A DNA stretch of 55,094 bases, from positions 1 to 55,094 of the forward strand of contig DUEJ01000012.1 in assembly GCA_011192175.1 (NCBI GenBank). The letters run 5' to 3'. Both the position numbers and the translations under genes were made by a program. The notes beneath the pieces were generated by a model. The model saw only the letters and a list, made by a program, of their open reading frames with translations, was not told the origin of the DNA and did no database searches. Positions 18,545 through 27,332 of the stretch are shown one piece after another. The first letter of the stretch is position 1, and every line of letters begins with the position of its first letter. The stretch comes from Thermoflexia bacterium (GTDB taxonomy: Bacteria > Chloroflexota > Anaerolineae > B4-G1 > SLSP01).

Positions 18545-18735
18545 CGGTTACTCCGCAGCTCTGGGGTCGCCCTGTCCAGGGTTTGGCTCACCAGTTACCC
18601 GGTGATTTTATGCCTTGACTTTATGGGGGGAGAAAATAGGGAAGGGTGTTTCCCTGACGGCATCCGCCGAAAATTCGATAAACCGTCACCTCGTTACCCA
18701 GAGAATTACAAACTGGGTCTGGCGCTCTTTCTCCG
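18545..18735 (-). ncRNA. glmS_ribozyme: glmS ribozyme (GlcN6P-dependent self-cleaving riboswitch)
   Basis: The minus strand reads AAAG-A/GCGCCAGACCCAG...CUGGGUAACGAGGUGACGGUUUAUCGAAUUUUCGGCGGAUGCC...CCAAACCCUGGACAGGGCGACC. This matches the conserved cleavage-site AGCGCC, the ACGAGG and AUCGAA..UUCGGCGGAUGCC core. It lies upstream of and in sense with glmS. Confidence 0.8.
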
Positions 18736-18778
18736 TGCTAGGCAGCTCACTTTACTATCTGCTCTGTTCTTCTAAAAA

Positions 18779-18900
18779 AACCTCCTCTGAAAATAAGTCT
18801 AAAGTCGCAAGTCAAAAGTCTGCTTCAAAACCAAGGCGTTGGCATTAGTGAAGCATTTCCGTTATCGTTGGTGTGCCAAAGATCAGAAGGACTCCTGAGC
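18779..18900. repeat. Interspersed element family E, copy 1 (4 NNAAGTC heptads)
   Basis: CCTCTGAAAATAAGTCTAAAGTCGCAAGTCAAAAGTCTGCTTCAAAACCAAGGCGTT... recurs at 47247-47375. The heptad block is at 18793-18820. Confidence 0.8.
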
Positions 18901-19026
18901 AATTCCTGCCACTCCACTCGAAATGACAAACCGGGGAACACCCGCCGGACTGGACATTAAAAATTCGTTGTTAAATCTCCCTTCTTTAAGTGCCTTGACG
19001 TCTTTGCGGAGCACTGTTTATTCAGA

Positions 19027-19068
19027 AAAAAAGACTCCGCTCCCTTTTTGGAGGGGGCGGAGTCATTA
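19027..19068 (-). terminator. Rho-independent terminator after the sugar-binding protein gene
   Basis: The minus strand reads GACTCCGCCCCCTCC-AAAAA-GGGAGCGGAGTC followed by TTTTTTT. Confidence 0.6.
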
Positions 19069-19089
19069 ATTATTCTCAGCAGAACCGAT

Positions 19090-20562
19090 CTAGGGGGCAG
19101 CTTCTTCCAAGTATTCGTTGCAGACCTCAATAGCCGCGTCCATCTCCTCCTGTACTGCGCCACCGTCCAAGATCACGGTGAGCATCTCCGCAATGGCGGC
19201 GCGACATTCGTCATATCCAGCGACGGGGGATTCAACGCCGGAATCGAGTTTCATGAACTCAAAGGCTTTGGCGTAGGTGGGGTTCTCGTCGATGTAATCC
19301 TGCATCAGCGCAACAGCGGAAGCGCGAGTAGCGAAGTAGCCGGTGCTGGTAGCCCAGCGCGCCTGCTGTTCAGGCTCACTCAGCCACTTGATGAAGACCC
19401 AAACGGCCAACTGCTGCTCAGGAGTGCTGGTCATGATGGATTGGCTCGCACCGTAGATGTTCATCCGCGGAGCACTGCGGTCACTGCCGTACGGTGGGGG
19501 ATTGACACTCCAGGTGAAGTCCGCGCCCTCAGAGACGGCTTGCCCGTAGTAGGGCAGCCCAGAGATGGAGCTGACGGTGAAGAGAGAGCGGCCATTGCCA
19601 AAGTCAGTCTGATCGCCGTATTTCTCGGTAGCCTGAGCGGCGCAACCTTTCTCGACCAACTCCTGCCAGAAGCTCATCGTCGCGATACCGGCATCACTGT
19701 TGAAGACGTATTCTGAGCCATCTTCACTGATAATGTCGCCGCCCCGGCTGAAGACGAAGGTGGCGAAGCGCGAAGCATCCACGGAGTATTCATAGCCCAA
19801 TACGGGGCCTTCGCCGGTCTGCCCGGAGAAGGGATTCTCAATAGCCGCGCAGGCCATTTCCCCAAATTCTTCCCAGGTCTCAGGAGGGCCATCGTAGCCC
19901 AACTCTACCAGCCAATCTTCATTGTAGTACATAACTTCCATTGATTTGTAGGGAGGCCAACCATAACGGCCACCGAACTGCGGGAGATAGTCTGCTGTCA
20001 GCGCTACGGGGAAGAAGTCATCCAGCTCTGCCTGCGTATAACCCCATTTCTCGCTAGCGACGTAAGGATCCAACGCAACCAGCACATCCTGAGTGGCGTA
20101 AGTGGCAGCCTGGTTCTGATAGGCCACGGCCATTTCGGGGAGCTGATTGGCGGGAATGCCGGCGATGATGTTCTGGAAAAGATCACCATACCCACCCTGG
20201 CTCTCACCAACTACGGTGATGCCCCATTCATTGGTGCGGTTGAAGTCATCGATCATGGCCAACATCAGCTCCTCACGGGAGCGGGTGTGCTGGTACCAAT
20301 AGGTCACTTCCTGCCCACTGGGATCGACATCCTCAAGATAACCGTAAATGTCAGTGTCGTAGTCGGGTTCGGGGGCTGGTTCTTCAGTCGGTTCTTCAGT
20401 TGCTTCCTCAGTTGCCTCTACTGTCGCTTCCTCGGTCGCTTCCTCGGTCGCTTCAACAGTAGCTTCCACGGTTGGTTCCGGGGTAGGTTTAGCACAAGCA
20501 GACATCAACGGCAGTAACAGCGCCATCAGTGCCAATAGTGCAAATAGTTTACGAGTATCCAT
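19090..20562 (-). CDS. ABC transporter extracellular solute-binding lipoprotein (carbohydrate type, family 1)
   Basis: Lipobox LPLMSA-C and a low-complexity TVEATEEA linker. The body is typical of sugar SBPs. It is followed by two MalF/MalG-like permease genes. Confidence 0.85.
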   Translation of the reverse strand: MDTRKLFALLALMALLLPLMSACAKPTPEPTVEATVEATEEATEEATVEATEEATEEPTEEPAPEPDYDTDIYGYLEDVDPSGQEVTYWYQHTRSREELMLAMIDDFNRTNEWGITVVGESQGGYGDLFQNIIAGIPANQLPEMAVAYQNQAATYATQDVLVALDPYVASEKWGYTQAELDDFFPVALTADYLPQFGGRYGWPPYKSMEVMYYNEDWLVELGYDGPPETWEEFGEMACAAIENPFSGQTGEGPVLGYEYSVDASRFATFVFSRGGDIISEDGSEYVFNSDAGIATMSFWQELVEKGCAAQATEKYGDQTDFGNGRSLFTVSSISGLPYYGQAVSEGADFTWSVNPPPYGSDRSAPRMNIYGASQSIMTSTPEQQLAVWVFIKWLSEPEQQARWATSTGYFATRASAVALMQDYIDENPTYAKAFEFMKLDSGVESPVAGYDECRAAIAEMLTVILDGGAVQEEMDAAIEVCNEYLEEAAP

Positions 20563-20688
20563 TTGTTTCTCTCTCCTTCGAGCTTAGTTAATTTTCAAAA
20601 ACAGTAAATTACCAATTAGCTTGTCAACTAACCATCAATTATCAATTTTAAGCCAGGACATCACCTCCCTTAATCATAGCTGAAATTA

Positions 20689-22011
20689 TTAACCTTTGAG
20701 ACCAGTGGTAGCAATGCCTTCTGTGAACTGCTTTTGGGTAAAGAAGTAGAGAATCAAGATCGGAATAGTGGTGATGACAGACCCGGCCATAATCAACTGA
20801 GTCTCTGCCGCCGCCTCCGAGATGAAACTAGACAAGCCTACCGTAACCGGCCTCCAGGTTTCTGTACTGGTGACGATGATGGGCCACTGCAACGAGTTCC
20901 AAGCCCAGATGCCATTAAAGATCACTATCGACATCAACGGTGCCTTTGATAACGGCGCCACAATCTGTGTCAAGAAGCGTAGATGCCCACAGCCATCTAT
21001 CAGCGCGGCATCATAGAGTTCATCCGGAATCTGGGCAAAGAATTGCCGCAAAAGAAAGACGCTAAAGGCATTGATCATAAACGGAATCGTCAACGCAGTC
21101 CAGTTATCATACCAGGCATTGGTCATTCCAAAAGTGGTTTGGAATATCTCTTCCAATTTAATGATGATCAGGTAGTTGGGGATAAGCGTCACGGCGCCAG
21201 GGATCATATAGGTAGCCAGATAAAGCGAAAAGATCAGATCTTTACCGGGGAATTTCATGCGCGCAAAAGCGTAGGCAGCTAGGGTGCTCGTCACTACCAC
21301 CCCCACAACGGTGAGCAAGGTAGTGATTGTACTGTTGCGCATGTAACGCGCGAAGTTCGCTTCCCGCCAGGCGAAGATATAGTTATGCAACAACATGTAG
21401 CCTACGTTCCAGGACTCCCTCACTACAAATTTAGCTGGATCGGAGTCCACAACTTGGAAGTGCGGTCCCCAGCGTCCCCGATCGGCTCCCGCGTAGTTTG
21501 GCCCGCCGAGTTCATCCCCATCCAGCCGCGTTACGAACTGATCAATGATCCGGGAACCCACGGTAAGCATGTAAGCGTCATAATTAACTTGCTCATCGTC
21601 GGTAGTATCCGTCGCCAAGATATTTACGTCAAAGGGCACCAAAAAGTCTGCCTCGGCCAATTGCTGCGCCACGTAACGCGAAACTGCTTCCACCGGAATC
21701 GCCCCCTCTAACGGGGGACTGAAGGAGCGGGGGACATTCTGCCACCCTTCCGCCGGCTGCATAGGAATGGTTAGCTCTTGAGTAGCTGGTCGCTCCAGGT
21801 AAGGGCTGGTTGATAATCCCGCCGGCCAGAAAATCTTGGCGCCATGTTCACCATACGTTTTCACGGAGGTCAATAACATCCAGAAAAAGGGCACGACCGC
21901 AATAACCGCACCGATGGTCAGGATCAGATATAAAAGACCTCTGGAAATAGCCTCACGCAGTTGATAACTTTGTAAATTTTCCTCTACAGGAGCTTGCGCC
22001 AAGTTAGCCAT
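20689..22011 (-). CDS. Carbohydrate ABC transporter permease (MalG-like) with a large extracytoplasmic insert
   Basis: The C-terminal half has the EAA-type loop (DAALIDGCGHLRFLTQIVAPLSKAPL). About 170 aa of non-TM sequence follows TM1. Confidence 0.85.
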   Translation of the reverse strand: MANLAQAPVEENLQSYQLREAISRGLLYLILTIGAVIAVVPFFWMLLTSVKTYGEHGAKIFWPAGLSTSPYLERPATQELTIPMQPAEGWQNVPRSFSPPLEGAIPVEAVSRYVAQQLAEADFLVPFDVNILATDTTDDEQVNYDAYMLTVGSRIIDQFVTRLDGDELGGPNYAGADRGRWGPHFQVVDSDPAKFVVRESWNVGYMLLHNYIFAWREANFARYMRNSTITTLLTVVGVVVTSTLAAYAFARMKFPGKDLIFSLYLATYMIPGAVTLIPNYLIIIKLEEIFQTTFGMTNAWYDNWTALTIPFMINAFSVFLLRQFFAQIPDELYDAALIDGCGHLRFLTQIVAPLSKAPLMSIVIFNGIWAWNSLQWPIIVTSTETWRPVTVGLSSFISEAAAETQLIMAGSVITTIPILILYFFTQKQFTEGIATTGLKG

Positions 22012-23212
22012 AGAAAACTCTCCCTTCAGAAATGCGTTTCTGAACCCAAGTTAGACTCATCAGCACGCCAGTTAAGACAAAAGCCAGCGCAGAAGCGTAT
22101 CCAAACCGGTTGCCTGACCAAAAATTCTTCCAGATCAACATACTAGTGGTCATCGTAGTCCCTCTAGGCGCGCCTATTGGGCCGACAACGCTAGTCATCA
22201 CGTAGATATGATTGAAGGCGCGGAAAGTACCTAACACCCCCATCATAACCAAAAAGTACGTAGTGGGTGAGACTAAGGGGATAGTTATGTCGCGTAATAT
22301 CTCCCAACGATTAGCGCCATCAATCGTAGCCGCTTCGTAGAGTGAGTGCGGGATGTTCCCCAAGCCGGCCAGATAGATGACGGCGTTATAACCCACGTAA
22401 GTCCAGATGTTATAGATAATCACGGAGACCAACGCCAAACTGGGGCCGCCAGCCCAATCCGGCAAAGAGAGTCCCACTAAATCACCTAGATAAACACCGA
22501 TAGGAGTCGCTTCAAAGAGCCATTTGGGGACATTCTCGGCGGGCATCCCCAACGTAACCAGGAACAGGTTCAACAAACCCCGGCGCGGTTCGTAAATCGA
22601 TTGCCAGACGGCAGCGGAGGCCACTGTGACCGTCACATAAGGTAAGAAGTAAAGAATCCGCCAGGTCGTCTTGCCGCGGATATTCTGAAAGAGCACCGTA
22701 GCCAGTAGAAAGGAGAGAACAATCTGGAAGGGGACGGTACCCAGCGAGTAATAAGAGGTAATCAAGAGCGCCGTGAAGAGGTCCTCATCGCCATTGACCA
22801 ACATCTGCGGGAAGCCCAGCACAAACCCCAAACCCCCGACGATGAGCAGGAAAGCAAAGAGCGCCTTGAGAAGGGTTATCTTAACCGGCTCCTCGCTTTT
22901 GATTTTGCGCCAAAGCATCCAAGAGCCGGCCAACAATCCTAACCCCCCCAGTGTAAAGATAGCATCTTGAGGAGTGCCTAAGGCCTTGAGATAATTGCCC
23001 AAGCCTATAAAATCCCCTTTGCGAATACGCCACTTATGAAAACTAATGTAGAGCGCGTATCCAATGGGGAAAAGACTGAAGACGAACAAGATAAAGGTGC
23101 CAGGGAGCAGAAAGAGATAAGCTTGCAAAGCCTCACGCAGATGGCGTCCCCCCTGTCCCGAAAACAATGAGTGCTGTACTCCAACATCAACAGGTTGCTT
23201 AGTTGCGGCCAT
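22004..23212 (-). CDS. Carbohydrate ABC transporter permease (MalF-like)
   Basis: Multi-TM with the EAA loop EAATIDGANRWEILRDITIPLVSP. It overlaps the next permease by 8 nt. RBS GGAGG lies upstream. Confidence 0.85.
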   Translation of the reverse strand: MAATKQPVDVGVQHSLFSGQGGRHLREALQAYLFLLPGTFILFVFSLFPIGYALYISFHKWRIRKGDFIGLGNYLKALGTPQDAIFTLGGLGLLAGSWMLWRKIKSEEPVKITLLKALFAFLLIVGGLGFVLGFPQMLVNGDEDLFTALLITSYYSLGTVPFQIVLSFLLATVLFQNIRGKTTWRILYFLPYVTVTVASAAVWQSIYEPRRGLLNLFLVTLGMPAENVPKWLFEATPIGVYLGDLVGLSLPDWAGGPSLALVSVIIYNIWTYVGYNAVIYLAGLGNIPHSLYEAATIDGANRWEILRDITIPLVSPTTYFLVMMGVLGTFRAFNHIYVMTSVVGPIGAPRGTTMTTSMLIWKNFWSGNRFGYASALAFVLTGVLMSLTWVQKRISEGRVFYG

Positions 23213-23610
23213 TTTGACCTCCTAGAAAAGGGTTACATACACGTTCCAGAGCATAAACTATAACTTACTATCATACAATCTTTTTGTCAAATGACGAATG
23301 GCTACTAACTAGATGATTACTGGGCTAACAACCAACTACATTCTTTGTGATTGCGCAAACTGCGGGAAAACATCTACTTTCATACTGCCTCCGTCGGGCA
23401 GCAGATCGCGTATCTAGCAGCTAATGCGCGGGGTTGCGTTGAGCTCGAGCGCGATGTCCGGATAATCCCTTACGAGAGCTCGCCGTGCAGTTGGTCGGCA
23501 GTCTTTCAAAGCGTGATCTGTTTTGGCGAAGAAACACCACCAGAGAAATTACCCGCACTCAGAACGTGGCGGGTAAAGACCACTGCCTGGCATGGCAAGC
23601 AATCTACGCC

Positions 23611-23675
23611 GGGCGACTGAAGTCGCGGCTACCATCGCGAAGTCCCCCTCCGGGGTCTAGTTGTCGCAGCGCGTT
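23611..23675. repeat. Interspersed element family C, copy 1
   Basis: GGCGACTGAAGTCGCGGCTAC..GCGAAGTCC..CGGGGTCTAGT aligns with 50636-50698. Confidence 0.7.
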
Positions 23676-23762
23676 GTTGGCAAATAGCAAGAAGCGGATA
23701 GAATCAATGTAACTGGTGAGATTTTCCCAATACATTATTCAAATTATCAAAGGAGCAATACA

Positions 23763-24200
23763 ATGAATTATCAACAATCTCCCACTTCCTATGATAGCAG
23801 CGATACCATCGCGATGGTTATCGAAATTGTCTTTGGCATCTTTGGGATGTTAGGCATGGGGTGGATTTACGTAGGCAACTATATAATGGGCATCGGTCTC
23901 TTTGTAGGATGGCTGGTCGTGCTCTTTGTGGGCATGTTAATTCCCACCATATTTACCACCTTTACCGCAGGCTTAGGAGGCTTCTCCTACTGTTGCTTGC
24001 CGCCGTTGAGCATTGTGGGAGCTATTATTTCTGGCCTACGCCTGCGCGACTATGTGCGGAACACCAGAGCGCAGGGAAACATAGCGCATCTCATCATCGC
24101 TATTATTGTCGCGCTGTTGCTCTTATGTCTGGCAATTGCTATCCCTCTGTTTGCGCTGGGTGGATTCGCCATAATTAGTGAATCCATGGGAAGTTACTAA
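23763..24200 (+). CDS. Hypothetical integral membrane protein
   Basis: 145 aa with about 4 predicted hydrophobic spans. A good RBS AAAGGAG lies 7 nt upstream of the ATG. No family was recognised. Confidence 0.5.
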   Translation: MNYQQSPTSYDSSDTIAMVIEIVFGIFGMLGMGWIYVGNYIMGIGLFVGWLVVLFVGMLIPTIFTTFTAGLGGFSYCCLPPLSIVGAIISGLRLRDYVRNTRAQGNIAHLIIAIIVALLLLCLAIAIPLFALGGFAIISESMGSY

Positions 24201-24239
24201 TCAATGACCAGCCCTCAGCGGGCTTATGCAAGCCTAGCA

Positions 24240-24308
24240 CGCCAGAAATTTACCGCAAATACGCTGGGGTTTGCAGCTAGGCGGTGCTACCAGAGACCTC
24301 GGAGGTCT
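24240..24308. repeat. Interspersed element family F, copy 1 (overlaps the coaE 3' end)
   Basis: Its reverse complement aligns with 29405-29475 (AGACCTCCGAGGTCTCTGGTAGC...TGCAAACC...ATTTGCGGTAAATTTCT). Confidence 0.75.
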
Positions 24309-24903
24309 GATCTGCGAGCGCAAAGCGCGACCAGGCCTCCTGAACCTGGGCTCTGGTCGCTGCCAAACTTCCGCCAGTCTGAATGACCACATCGGCTTGG
24401 GCCAGCTTCTCCGCTTGCGGGGATTGGGCGGCAATTCTCTGCTCGGCTGCTGCGCGGCTCAATTTACGTATTGACATCAGCCGCTCGCGTTGTATCGTGG
24501 GGGAACAGGTAGTAGCCCAGATGGCGGCGTAGTCGGCCGCCAGGCCGCTCTCCAACAGTTTGATAGCTTCGACCACCACTACCGGGGCTTGGCTGGCGGC
24601 GATTCTCTGGGCTACCAGCGCGATCACTGCCGGGTGAACTAGCGCTTCCAACCGCGCCAGAGCAGCGGGAGCGGCGAAGACGATGGCTCCCAATACACGG
24701 CGATCAATCGCCTCTCCTCCAGGGACTAGAATTCGCTCCCCAAAAGCGTCGACCACCGCACGGTAGGCCGCGCCCTGAGAAGCCAATACCTCGTGTGCCA
24801 CGTGGTCAGCATCAATATGCTGCGCCCCCCATTCAACCAAGATGCGCGCCACCGTGGATTTCCCAGTAGCGATGTTGCCGGTTAAGCCAATGCAAGTAGG
24901 CAC
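24277..24903 (-). CDS. coaE: Dephospho-CoA kinase
   Basis: The P-loop IGLTGNIATGKST lies at the N-terminus. Its 208 aa is the typical size. It starts with GTG directly after the ABC-F stop. Confidence 0.85.
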   Translation of the reverse strand: MPTCIGLTGNIATGKSTVARILVEWGAQHIDADHVAHEVLASQGAAYRAVVDAFGERILVPGGEAIDRRVLGAIVFAAPAALARLEALVHPAVIALVAQRIAASQAPVVVVEAIKLLESGLAADYAAIWATTCSPTIQRERLMSIRKLSRAAAEQRIAAQSPQAEKLAQADVVIQTGGSLAATRAQVQEAWSRFALADQTSEVSGSTA

Positions 24904-24906
24904 TAA

Positions 24907-26817
24907 TTATACCGGGGAGTTATCTGCCACTGCGACCCACTGCTCTAGCTGCTCATCTATTTGGGACTTGATGGTTTGATATTCCGCTCCCAACTTGGTT
25001 ACACGCTCAATATCCTGCTGCCGACCGGCGCGTTCCAGAGCCACGTTGAGAGTTTGCAAACGTCCTTCCAGCCGGTGGATACCCTCTTCCAATTTTGCCA
25101 GCCGTTTCTCTTCTCTGGCGAGGGCCCGCTCGCGCTCGCGTTCCGCTTGCCGCTTACTTTCCCAGGCGCGCCGTTCGCGCTCCTTCGCGTTCCGGTCTGA
25201 AGTGGAGTTCCCCTCACGTTGCGTACTATGCCAGGTGGCATAACTAGCGTACCCTTTGAATTGGTGGAGCCGCCCCTCATCCAAAGCCCAAATATGGGTA
25301 GCAATTTCACGGATCAGGTAACGGTCATGGCTAACCATGAGGATGGTGCCGTTGAAATCAGCTAGGATCTCTTGTAACAATTCCTGAGAAGTGAGGTCCA
25401 GATGATTAGTCGGCTCGTCCAAGAGGAGGAAATTGGCTTTTTGGCGGGAGAGTATCGCGAGCGCGACGCGCGCGCGTTCCCCACCAGAGAGCACGCTGAT
25501 CTTCTTGAAAACTGTTTCCGCGCGAAAGTCATACTGGGCCAGGAAAGAGCGCGTCTCGTGAATTGAGACCATCCCCGCCGCCAAGAAAGTCTCCAAAACA
25601 GATTTATCCGGGTCAAAATGGGCTTGTACTTGAGCAAAGTAGCCCATCTGCACGGCGGAGCCCCGGCGTATCTGCCCGTACAGCGGCTCAATATCGCGGA
25701 GAATGGTCCGGATAAGCGTGGTTTTTCCAGAACCGTTGGGGCCGACTAACGCCACTCGTTCCCCGCGATGGATCTCGGCCTCGTCCAACGCGACCAGGTG
25801 CGTTTCGCCATCTTCGTAACCGGCTCTGAGATTGTAGAGGCCCAGCACCAGATCCCCACTACGGATGTTGGTCTGGAGATTTATATGCAGGCGTTGCCGT
25901 TCTTGGGGACGGTCCAACTGTTCCAGCCGTTCTAACCGTTTAAGGCGACCTTTGGCTTGCGCGCTGCGCTGCCCGGCCATGTAGCGGCTGATGTAATCTT
26001 CTGTTTTGGCGATATGCTCTTGCTGTTTCTGGTAGGTGGCTCGCCGCCGCATGCGGCGTTCAGCACGTAACTGCGTGTAGGTGGTGTAGTTGCCGGGATA
26101 TCCTTCCAGTTTGCCAAACTCTAGCTCCCAGACGTGATCCACAATCGCATCCAAAAAAGCGCGGTCGTGGGCCACCACGATGATCCCGCCTTTCCAGGAT
26201 TGCAACTGCTCTTCCAGCCACTCGATGCCGGCAATATCCAGATGATTGGTCGGCTCGTCCAGCAAGAGTAAATCCGGCTCTTCCAACAACAAGCGGGCTA
26301 AGAGGGCGCGGGTCTTCTCGCCGCCGCTGAGATAGGCCACCGGGGTCTGGAACTCCGAGGTGTGGAACCCCAAGCCGCCCAGCACTTGCCCGATACGCGC
26401 CTCGTAGGTAAAGCCGCCGCCATCCTCGAAGCGGTGTAGCAATTCGCCGTAGCGTTCCATGGCCGCAGCGCGCTCTGCTGGCGAGCCGGAGGCCAGCTCT
26501 ATCTCTAGCTCTCGTAGTTCCGCTGCTTGTTGTTGCAAATTGGCGAAAACAGCCTGCATCGCGTCCCAAAGCGTACCGGCACTCTCAAAATCGGGGAGTT
26601 GGGGTAAATAGCCTAAGCGGAGCTGCCGGGATAGATGAATACCGCCAGCATCAGATTCCAGCTCACCGGCGATGATCTTCAGGAGCGTGCTCTTGCCGCA
26701 GCCATTGGGGCCCACTAAGCCGATGTGTTCGCCAACATGCACTTTCCCGGAGACCTGCGAGAAGACCTTATCCATTCCGTAGTATTTACTTAAGCTAGCA
26801 ATAGAGAGTAGGGCCAT
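24907..26817 (-). CDS. ABC-F family ATPase (two ABC domains, no TM domain)
   Basis: Two Walker A motifs (GPNGCGKST, GPNGSGKTT) and two signature motifs (LSGGEKTR, LSGGERAR). A charged coiled-coil C-terminal tail is typical of ABC-F/Uup-like proteins. Confidence 0.9.
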   Translation of the reverse strand: MALLSIASLSKYYGMDKVFSQVSGKVHVGEHIGLVGPNGCGKSTLLKIIAGELESDAGGIHLSRQLRLGYLPQLPDFESAGTLWDAMQAVFANLQQQAAELRELEIELASGSPAERAAAMERYGELLHRFEDGGGFTYEARIGQVLGGLGFHTSEFQTPVAYLSGGEKTRALLARLLLEEPDLLLLDEPTNHLDIAGIEWLEEQLQSWKGGIIVVAHDRAFLDAIVDHVWELEFGKLEGYPGNYTTYTQLRAERRMRRRATYQKQQEHIAKTEDYISRYMAGQRSAQAKGRLKRLERLEQLDRPQERQRLHINLQTNIRSGDLVLGLYNLRAGYEDGETHLVALDEAEIHRGERVALVGPNGSGKTTLIRTILRDIEPLYGQIRRGSAVQMGYFAQVQAHFDPDKSVLETFLAAGMVSIHETRSFLAQYDFRAETVFKKISVLSGGERARVALAILSRQKANFLLLDEPTNHLDLTSQELLQEILADFNGTILMVSHDRYLIREIATHIWALDEGRLHQFKGYASYATWHSTQREGNSTSDRNAKERERRAWESKRQAERERERALAREEKRLAKLEEGIHRLEGRLQTLNVALERAGRQQDIERVTKLGAEYQTIKSQIDEQLEQWVAVADNSPV

Positions 26818-26994
26818 AGCAACTCAATCATGGGACACAGATAAACACGGATGGACGCTGATAAAAATGCTTTTCCAGGGAAAAGTTAAAAAATCCGCGT
26901 TTTTCTGCGCCAATCTGCGTCTAAAACTAAAAACGTCAGGCAACTAGACCTAATTATACCAAACATTAGCCGCTGTGAATGACACATCCAAAGC

Positions 26995-27024
26995 AAAAAG
27001 CACCCGCTCAGGGGTGCTTTTTTT
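26995..27024 (-). terminator. Bidirectional hairpin terminator downstream of the tRNA-Ala pair
   Basis: AGCACCC-GCTCA-GGGGTGCT is flanked by A-run and T-run. Confidence 0.6.
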
Positions 27025-27100
27025 TGGTGGAGCTGAAGGGATTCGAACCCTTGGCCTCCTCAATGCCATTGAGGCGCGCTCCCAACTGCGCCACAGCCCC
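27025..27100 (-). tRNA. tRNA-Ala (anticodon GGC), CCA encoded
   Basis: The minus strand reads GGGGCTGTGGCGCAGTTGGGAGCGCGCCTCAATGGCATTGAGGAGGCCAAGGGTTCGAATCCCTTCAGCTCCACCA. It folds as a cloverleaf with the G3:U70 Ala identity pair and anticodon loop AT-GGC-AT. Confidence 0.9.
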
Positions 27101-27142
27101 ACGAACTATTCATTTTTTAACGCAAGATTTACCACCCTACTA

Positions 27143-27215
27143 TGGAGCTGAGGGGACTCGAACCCCTGGCCTCTACAGTGCGATTGTAGCGCTCTCCCAG
27201 CTGAGCCACAGCCCC
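27143..27215 (-). tRNA. tRNA-Ala (anticodon CGC), CCA not encoded
   Basis: The minus strand reads GGGGCTGTGGCTCAGCTGGGAGAGCGCTACAATCGCACTGTAGAGGCCAGGGGTTCGAGTCCCCTCAGCTCCA. It has G3:U70 and anticodon loop AT-CGC-AC. Confidence 0.9.
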
Positions 27216-27231
27216 TCCTCCAACAGACAGA

Positions 27232-27259
27232 ATTATACCATAACGACTTTTACTGGCAA
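27232..27259 (-). promoter_or_regulatory. Sigma-70-type promoter for the tRNA-Ala pair
   Basis: The minus strand reads TTGCCA-16 nt-TATAAT. The -10 element ends about 16 nt before the tRNA 5' end. Confidence 0.5.
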
Positions 27260-27332
27260 GTTTGGTTTGGCTTAGTCTAGTAGTCCGATAGTCAGTGATC
27301 AGCGTCACTCTGAGCTGGATAACTATCCCGAC

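Noticed and set aside
18263-18605. Overlapping small ORFs (18263..18508, 18388..18591, 18423..18605) encoding K/R/E-rich or L/F/S-rich peptides
   Set aside because: They are translations of the 8-nt tandem repeat on both strands and of the glmS ribozyme region. They have no RBS and no protein-like composition.
23351-23620. 89-aa ORF in the large gap upstream of the sugar ABC operon
   Set aside because: It has a TTG start, no RBS, and a composition and hairpin content more consistent with non-coding sequence.
26979-27275. 98-aa plus-strand ORF
   Set aside because: It lies antisense across both tRNA-Ala genes and their terminator.
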